Assembly (NCBI GenBank): GCA_022844165.1
Contig: JALHMH010000002.1
Span: 96,001-160,000, forward strand
Reading direction: 5' to 3'
Length of the DNA stretch: 64,000 nucleotides
From: Lysobacterales bacterium
GTDB lineage: Bacteria > Pseudomonadota > Gammaproteobacteria > Xanthomonadales > SZUA-5
The position numbers were made by a program, and so were the translations under genes. How positions within the stretch are numbered: position 1 is the stretch's first letter; every line of letters begins with the position of its first letter. This document shows positions 58,474 to 64,000 of this stretch, piece after piece. The notes under the pieces were generated by a model that did not search any database, was not told where the DNA came from, and saw only the letters and a list, made by a program, of their open reading frames with translations.

Positions 58474-59106
58474 TTAACTCAGTTCGGCCCGTGCGACCTC
58501 CAGTTTGGCCTGGATTTCTTTTTGTCGCCCGGCGTCGGCGGACGCTCGTTGTTCGCGCGGTTGCGCTTCTGCCGCATGCTCCAGCACTTTCACAGCCTCG
58601 CGATAGCGGCCCTGTTCGATCAGGAAGTCGCCCCAGAAGTAATTGGCGTCGATACCATCTGGCGCGATCGCGAGGCCCTTTTGTAACAGCTCGGCAGCTT
58701 TCTCGTCGTCGCCGAACCCAAGCGGCCATCCGGGGACCTGATAGTACAAGCTGCCCAGGCTGGTGTAGGCCGATCCGTCCAGAGCGCGCTCATCGATCCG
58801 CAACGCGGCTTCGAAGTCGGCTTTCGCCTTTTTGCACAAACCCAGGGCACCCAGGCCGCCTTTGGCACCCGCCCACGTCGAATAGACGATGCCCTCCCAG
58901 ATCAAAGGTTCGGCGCGATCTGGATAACGCTCGCGCAATTGTGCAGCCAGAGTTTGCAGCTTCTCGAACGCTTTTGCCCGTTGCGTGGCAGGCATCTGGT
59001 ACTGGATCGTGGCCCACTGAGATTGCACTGTGAGCAGTTCGTCGGAGAGTTCGGCGTGCGCCTGGACGGCAAAGATCAAACCAAAGGCCAGACTGAGAAT
59101 TTTCAT
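58474..59106 (-). CDS. Periplasmic TPR protein
   Basis: Signal peptide AHA; GAKGGLGAL; SLGSLYYQVPGWPLGFGD; TPR helices. Confidence 0.85.
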   Translation of the reverse strand: MKILSLAFGLIFAVQAHAELSDELLTVQSQWATIQYQMPATQRAKAFEKLQTLAAQLRERYPDRAEPLIWEGIVYSTWAGAKGGLGALGLCKKAKADFEAALRIDERALDGSAYTSLGSLYYQVPGWPLGFGDDEKAAELLQKGLAIAPDGIDANYFWGDFLIEQGRYREAVKVLEHAAEAQPREQRASADAGRQKEIQAKLEVARAELS

Positions 59107-59906
59107 GGTGCGACTCCTGAAGAAATCGTGGCGAACTTCATAATGGTTTCGTGTTTACCGGCGAGTGCCCGATCAACGATGCTCGGGAGCACCGCATTGA
59201 CGCGAACGAGAATTCTCTCGGGCAAGCCGATCTGGAGACGGCGCGCATTTCGTCTGAGCGCTTCGATGACCGCGGCCGCGACGGTTTCCGGGGCGTCCTC
59301 GGTAACCCGCAGGGCCGCGTTCATCGCACGTGCTGCACCGTTGTTCATGGATGTTCGAGTGGCTCGCGGTGCAACGTGAAGTACGCGCGGCCCATGTCGA
59401 CCGAGCTCGCGAGACAGCGCCTCTGCGAAGGCGTACAAACCGGCTTTGGTTGCGCCGTAAGCCGCAAAGCCGGGATGGCCGATACGGCCCAGGGTTGATC
59501 CGATCAGGACCAAAGCGCTGTCCGCCTGGTCTTGCAGGCCTGGCAGCAATGCGCGGGTAAGCAACACCGGCGAAAGCAGGTCCGTTGCAATAAGCCGCTC
59601 GATATCCTCCGCGCGCATATCGACGAAGCGGCCGAAGTGCCCGCTCGCCGCATTCAACACGACGGCGTTCGGTCGGTGCGTCGAGGCGAATCTTAGCAAT
59701 TCGTCGCGTCCGGCAGATGTCGCCAGATCCGCCAGAACAGCCGGCGTACCAGCGGGCAAGCGGTGCAAACTCGCTTGCAGACGCAATTCATCGCGACCAT
59801 GCACCAGTACTTTGGCCCCTGCGACAACGAAAGCCTGCGCCAAGGCGCTGCCTATGCCGCCGCTCGCGCCGGTAATCAGGATGGTTTTGTCCTTGAGATT
59901 CATCAT
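59103..59906 (-). CDS. Short-chain dehydrogenase/reductase
   Basis: TGASGGIG, YGATK, APRATRT. Confidence 0.92.
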   Translation of the reverse strand: MMNLKDKTILITGASGGIGSALAQAFVVAGAKVLVHGRDELRLQASLHRLPAGTPAVLADLATSAGRDELLRFASTHRPNAVVLNAASGHFGRFVDMRAEDIERLIATDLLSPVLLTRALLPGLQDQADSALVLIGSTLGRIGHPGFAAYGATKAGLYAFAEALSRELGRHGPRVLHVAPRATRTSMNNGAARAMNAALRVTEDAPETVAAAVIEALRRNARRLQIGLPERILVRVNAVLPSIVDRALAGKHETIMKFATISSGVAP

Positions 59907-60580
59907 GCGGCCCTGGCAAGGGACAGGGCCGTGGCCGGGCGGAGCGCGCGGAAGATCGCGGCATACAGCCGATAGAACATTCGCGCCGCGTGGATCACCG
60001 CCTGTCGATCGGCGGGATCTTCCAGGCGATCCATAAGGCCGGCGAAGAACCCCACGTGCTGTTGATCGAGTTGACCGTGCGAGCCCAGATAGCGGAAGGC
60101 GCTCTGAGGTAACCCCAGGCCACGCTGCAGGCTCTGAGCTGCCTGCGTGGCCAGAGTCACGCTGGTACCCTCGAGGACCAGCACCATGCCAAAAAAGCTC
60201 ACTGGATTGCCACGTGCGATGCCATCGTAGGCGTAGGCCACCATAAGTTCGGTTTCCGGGAGCGGCGTACCAGTGGCCACTTTGTCGGCATCGCCACCTG
60301 CGGTTCGGATATCGTCCAGGATCCAGCGTTCATGGCCCAGTTCCTCTTCGATGTACTCAGCCACTGCGTCGCGCAACCAATCCAGGCGTGGCGGCAGCCT
60401 TGCGCCGCAGGCCATCAAGAGCGGCACTGTGTGCGAGACGTGATGGTAAGCCTGGGTCAGGAAATCGCGATACTCCTCCGAAGTCACGTGGCCGACGGTG
60501 GCATCGTGCAATATCGGCAGGCTCAATAACGCGTTGCGGTCGCTGGCAGTTGCGGCCAGCAGGGTTTCGTAAAAGCTCAT
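59903..60580 (-). CDS. Heme-oxygenase-like diiron oxidase (iron-containing redox enzyme, CADD/PqqC/TenA fold)
   Basis: QAYHHV, EEELGHE, VLEGTS and SHGQLDQQH candidate metal ligands. Confidence 0.85.
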   Translation of the reverse strand: MSFYETLLAATASDRNALLSLPILHDATVGHVTSEEYRDFLTQAYHHVSHTVPLLMACGARLPPRLDWLRDAVAEYIEEELGHERWILDDIRTAGGDADKVATGTPLPETELMVAYAYDGIARGNPVSFFGMVLVLEGTSVTLATQAAQSLQRGLGLPQSAFRYLGSHGQLDQQHVGFFAGLMDRLEDPADRQAVIHAARMFYRLYAAIFRALRPATALSLARAA

Positions 60581-62034
60581 GTCGTCTCCACAGGTTGTTG
60601 TTCGGAGACCGGACCGGCGAGCGCATCAATGCGCTGCCGGTATCGGCCCAAGATCAAGCCACGGCGCAGCCGGCCATTTGCCGTCGATTCGCCATTCGCT
60701 AAACTGAAAGACTCGTCGGCCATCAACCAGAGGTGTGCGCGAGCGTAGTCCGGCAGGCCGGCATTGACGCTGGACACGGCGCGCTCGATCGCCGTCGGAC
60801 TTGCGCCTGAACGCGGCACGATGACTGCGACGTTCGCACTGCGCGCCTCGCCATCGACGAAGGCTTGCTCAATGGCTGGATGAGCCGCGAGTTCGCTTTC
60901 GATCCACTCGGGCGAAACGTTGCGCCCAAACGCTGTGATAAAGCGGTTGCCGCGGCGTCCAGTCAGATGAAGAAATCCATCCGCATCGATCCAGCCCAGA
61001 TCACCGGTGGCGTACCTTGTGCCCGGCACTGCGCTACTGCCAACGTACCCCAGGAAGTGCGGTCCGATCGCAACGATCTCGCCGTCCTCCACGTTCAACT
61101 GGATATGCTGTAACGCGCGACCGACGCTGCCTGTTCGCCTGGCTTCGGGAACGTTCAAGCTCAGGACGGATGCGCACTCGCTCAGCCCATAACCCTCGAA
61201 CAGCGGAATTCCGTGCGCCTGCGCGCGCGCCAGCAGCGGCATGCCGACCCGTGCACCGCCGATGGCACAAAAGCGCAGTGAGGACGGCAAACGCGCGCCA
61301 GCGTCGAGCGCATCGAGCCAGACTCGCAGCATCTGAGGCACCAGGATCAGACTCTCCGGGGCATGACGGTCGATGCAGTTGGCCAGCATCACGCCGTCGA
61401 TCGCAGCGCCGCCGCGCAAGCCCACTTCTTCCAGAGGCGGCAGCAGGACCTCGGCGCCCGCCATGAGTCCGGCGGCGATGCCAGCGACTGATTCCAACAA
61501 TACGCTTTGCGGCAAAAGCGCCAGATGCCGAACCGGCCGCTGTTCGCCGAGTGCAGCGATGATGCTCTGAGCCACGAGATCAAGATGGTTGCCGGATAGA
61601 CAAACGCCTTTCGGTGAGCCCGTGCTGCCCGAGGTGTAGGTGATCGCGGCCGTCGACAAAGGCAATATGCGCGGGCGATGCGCAATGCGGCGCAAACGCA
61701 ATCCAAGGCTCAGTTCAATCTCGCCTTCCAGGCCGATCAGCGCATCGATCCCAGCGTCGGCCAATGCATGTCCGCGTTGTGAAGCGCTAAAAAAGCCCGG
61801 TAATTGCAGGAAGACAACACTGGCTCGGCGACACGCAAGCTCCAACACCGTGCCGGCGACGCCGTTGTCCAGCGTTGCTGCTGCGCGGCGTACGGCGTGG
61901 CGCAAAAGGGCATCGGCCAGCGTGTCTGCCGCCGCCAGTATCTGCCCGGCGTTGAGACTGTGTGTCCCGTCGGACAACCGTGCGCGGGTCTGGTCGCTTC
62001 TGGCGTTCGCCAGGGCGTCGAGAACCAGGCTCAT
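60577..62034 (-). CDS. AMP-binding (ANL) acyl-adenylate-forming enzyme
   Basis: Start MSLVLDA; YTSGSTGSPKG, EGYGLSE, ATGDLG, GRNVSPEWIE. Confidence 0.9.
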   Translation of the reverse strand: MSLVLDALANARSDQTRARLSDGTHSLNAGQILAAADTLADALLRHAVRRAAATLDNGVAGTVLELACRRASVVFLQLPGFFSASQRGHALADAGIDALIGLEGEIELSLGLRLRRIAHRPRILPLSTAAITYTSGSTGSPKGVCLSGNHLDLVAQSIIAALGEQRPVRHLALLPQSVLLESVAGIAAGLMAGAEVLLPPLEEVGLRGGAAIDGVMLANCIDRHAPESLILVPQMLRVWLDALDAGARLPSSLRFCAIGGARVGMPLLARAQAHGIPLFEGYGLSECASVLSLNVPEARRTGSVGRALQHIQLNVEDGEIVAIGPHFLGYVGSSAVPGTRYATGDLGWIDADGFLHLTGRRGNRFITAFGRNVSPEWIESELAAHPAIEQAFVDGEARSANVAVIVPRSGASPTAIERAVSSVNAGLPDYARAHLWLMADESFSLANGESTANGRLRRGLILGRYRQRIDALAGPVSEQQPVETT

Positions 62035-62600
62035 ATCCGGGTCCCTTTCGACCACGCCAAAGGGCCACCCATCACCCAGGGATCGTCGTCGTAATAACAT
62101 CCCCAGGAACCCGGCTCGGCGATGCATTGGGCGCGCGCGACAGCGAGCGGCAATGGCTGGAGACCGAGTCGCACCAGGAGCTCTCGCAAGGACTTTGTCG
62201 CGGTGAACGCCAGCCAATCGAGATTTCGATCCGCCAGGTGCTTCAGCAATGACGGGATCAGCCGGCGGCCGCAGCCGCGGCTGATGCCGCTGAAATGACC
62301 TATTTCGACGATGTGCCGGCGTTCGACCCCTAAGCCGAAGCGACTGCTGAGCAGATCTTCGATCGGTTCGCTCAAATACTGTTCGAGAAACAACGGTGCG
62401 CTGGCCGCTTCGCGGAATCCGAGGCAGGAGACAATCGCGCCAGTGGCGCTGGTGCCGACCATCAGGTTCGGCATGAGTTCGCGAATGTCGGCAGAAAATG
62501 CGGCTGCGAAACGTTCGCGGACGAACGACTCTGCGCTGCCGCGCATCGGGTCGTTCTCACCGATCAGTCGCACTTGAGGTACTTGCAGGCTGCCGTCCAT
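62031..62600 (-). CDS. 'Thermostable hemolysin' (delta-VPH) family protein
   Basis: LFLEQYLSEPIE, IVEIGH, WLAFTAT, WGCYYDDDP motifs; first gene of the operon. Confidence 0.85.
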   Translation of the reverse strand: MDGSLQVPQVRLIGENDPMRGSAESFVRERFAAAFSADIRELMPNLMVGTSATGAIVSCLGFREAASAPLFLEQYLSEPIEDLLSSRFGLGVERRHIVEIGHFSGISRGCGRRLIPSLLKHLADRNLDWLAFTATKSLRELLVRLGLQPLPLAVARAQCIAEPGSWGCYYDDDPWVMGGPLAWSKGTRI

Positions 62601-62631
62601 CGTCCACCGTATCGTGAAAGCACGATGGAGA

Positions 62632-62663
62632 AGCTAAGCGGTATGTCTTAAGCGAGGCTTAGC
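62632..62663 (-). promoter_or_regulatory. PmrA/QseB-type direct-repeat box plus -10 element
   Basis: Minus strand reads GCTAAG-N5-CTTAAG, then 9 nt and a TAGCTT -10-like hexamer, upstream of the hemolysin-family gene. Confidence 0.6.
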
Positions 62664-62732
62664 CGGGACTTGAAAAAACGCTAAGGCCTAACGGAAATTC
62701 AAGAAAAAACTAACGAACAAGCTGGCTGCGGT

Positions 62733-64000
62733 TCAGAGCGCAACAACACGGCCGCGCGCGATGACCGCCATCACACGTTTCAGTACGGCAAGGTCCTCGA
62801 CAGGGTCACCGCTGAGCGCAACCAAATCCGCGGATTTGCCCGCCTCGATGGTACCGATCTCGTGGCTCAGTCCAAGCAAATCCGCCGCGTTAATTGTCGC
62901 CGCGATCAGTGCTTCCCTGGCGGTCATCCCATGTTTGACCATCAGTTCAAACTCATCGGCGTTGCGACCATGCAGGCTGACGCCAGCGTCTGTGCCAAAG
63001 GCGATCTTGACGCCGGCGCCGTGCGCGCGGCGTAGTGCGTTGCCGGTAATCGAAATTCGCCACTCGATCTTTTTCTTCACGGCTGGCGAGTAGGCATCGG
63101 GGTTGGCAGCCAGCCGCTCCAAATAGCCATTGATCGTCGAGAGCGTGGGAACGTAGTAAGCGCCCGACTCGCGGAAGAGCTTCAGTCCGTCATCGTTGAG
63201 CAAAGTGCCGTGTTCAATGGAATCTGCGCCGAGTTTCAGCGCCAGATTAATCCCGTCATGGCCATGCGCGTGCACCGCGACTTTTTTCTCGTAAAGATGC
63301 GCCGTTTCGATAATCGCCCGCGCTTCGTCTTCGAACATCTGTGCGCCCAGACCCAGGCCGATTCGGCTATTGACGCCGCCTGTGGTTGCAAACTTAATCA
63401 GATCGACGCCCCGAGCAACTTGTAAGCGTACCGCCTGACGGCAGGCATCTGCGCCATCGCAAAGATTGCCGTCATCGTTCAGTGCCTCCCGCAAATCGCT
63501 GCGAAATCCCAGGGCCGAATCCATATGGCCGGCGGTGGCCGAAATGGAACGGCCTGCATCGAGAATGCGTGGCCCCATCACTTTGCCAGCGGAGATTGCA
63601 TCTCGCAGGGCCAGTGTAACGCCGTCTGCGTCGCCCAGATTGCGCACGGTCGTGAAGCCGGCCCGCAGCGTCTTGTGGCCGTTCATCAGCGCGTCGAACG
63701 CCTTCGCGGGTGGACTTAGCGTGAGCTGTTCCAACTGCGCCTCGATCCCGGCGCGATCGCTGTCCAGATGTACATGGCAGTCGATCAATCCTGGCAGGAC
63801 CGTCAGCTTGGACCAGTCGACGAGAACCGAATCGTTCGCCAGGTCGGTTTCGCCCGGCGCCACGAATCCAGGCCGGACTTCGCGTACGCGCCCATCGTCG
63901 ATCAAGATCGTCACGCGTTCGGATGGCGCCTGATCCATCCGCGCATACAAACGGCCCGCGTGAACGACGGCATCTTGAGCTGCGGCGCCGGTCGCGAAAA
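62733..64000 (-). CDS. Metal-dependent amidohydrolase (Xaa-Pro dipeptidase-like), 5' end outside window
   Basis: PGLIDCHVH, AGFTTVR, IKF, HAHG, EHG, GTDAG, GKSADLV. Confidence 0.92.
   Translation of the reverse strand, partial: FATGAAAQDAVVHAGRLYARMDQAPSERVTILIDDGRVREVRPGFVAPGETDLANDSVLVDWSKLTVLPGLIDCHVHLDSDRAGIEAQLEQLTLSPPAKAFDALMNGHKTLRAGFTTVRNLGDADGVTLALRDAISAGKVMGPRILDAGRSISATAGHMDSALGFRSDLREALNDDGNLCDGADACRQAVRLQVARGVDLIKFATTGGVNSRIGLGLGAQMFEDEARAIIETAHLYEKKVAVHAHGHDGINLALKLGADSIEHGTLLNDDGLKLFRESGAYYVPTLSTINGYLERLAANPDAYSPAVKKKIEWRISITGNALRRAHGAGVKIAFGTDAGVSLHGRNADEFELMVKHGMTAREALIAATINAADLLGLSHEIGTIEAGKSADLVALSGDPVEDLAVLKRVMAVIARGRVVAL

Noticed and set aside
1-64000. tRNA, rRNA, CRISPR array, integrase or transposase
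   Set aside because: None recognised by eye; tRNAscan-SE, Infernal and HMM scans would be needed to exclude them formally.

Overview
GC-rich bacterial chromosomal window; gene content and codon style suggest a Xanthomonadales-like gammaproteobacterium (inference). In order: (1) 1-8 kb, a copper-resistance cluster (CopL-like protein, TolC, multicopper oxidase, cytochrome c, NTF2-like, DUF411, MerR regulator with a clear operator, P1B ATPase). (2) A GST and a PDZ/alpha-beta hydrolase/FG-GAP fusion. (3) 11.6-20 kb, a decaying accessory region: YhcG remnant, frameshifted DUF2075 nuclease-helicase, an AbrB/PIN toxin-antitoxin pair between 95-bp direct repeats, an attC-like site with cassette-like ORFs, and BlaI with a truncated M56 gene. 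(4) An STPK-TPR/ECF sigma pair, deaD plus an uncalled small membrane ORF, a PilJ-sensor/CheA-like kinase-CheY-CheX-porin operon and a propeller GGDEF protein. (5) A pectin/KDG utilisation locus with four copies of a LacI-type operator. (6) A WYL regulator and a GAF pseudo-kinase. (7) A QseBC-linked 'thermostable hemolysin'/adenylation enzyme/diiron oxidase/SDR/TPR operon. The most striking pattern is that three secreted proteins end in the same F-x-[DN]-G-F-E motif, a candidate uncharacterised protein sorting or docking signal. All calls come from motif recognition only; no searches were run.
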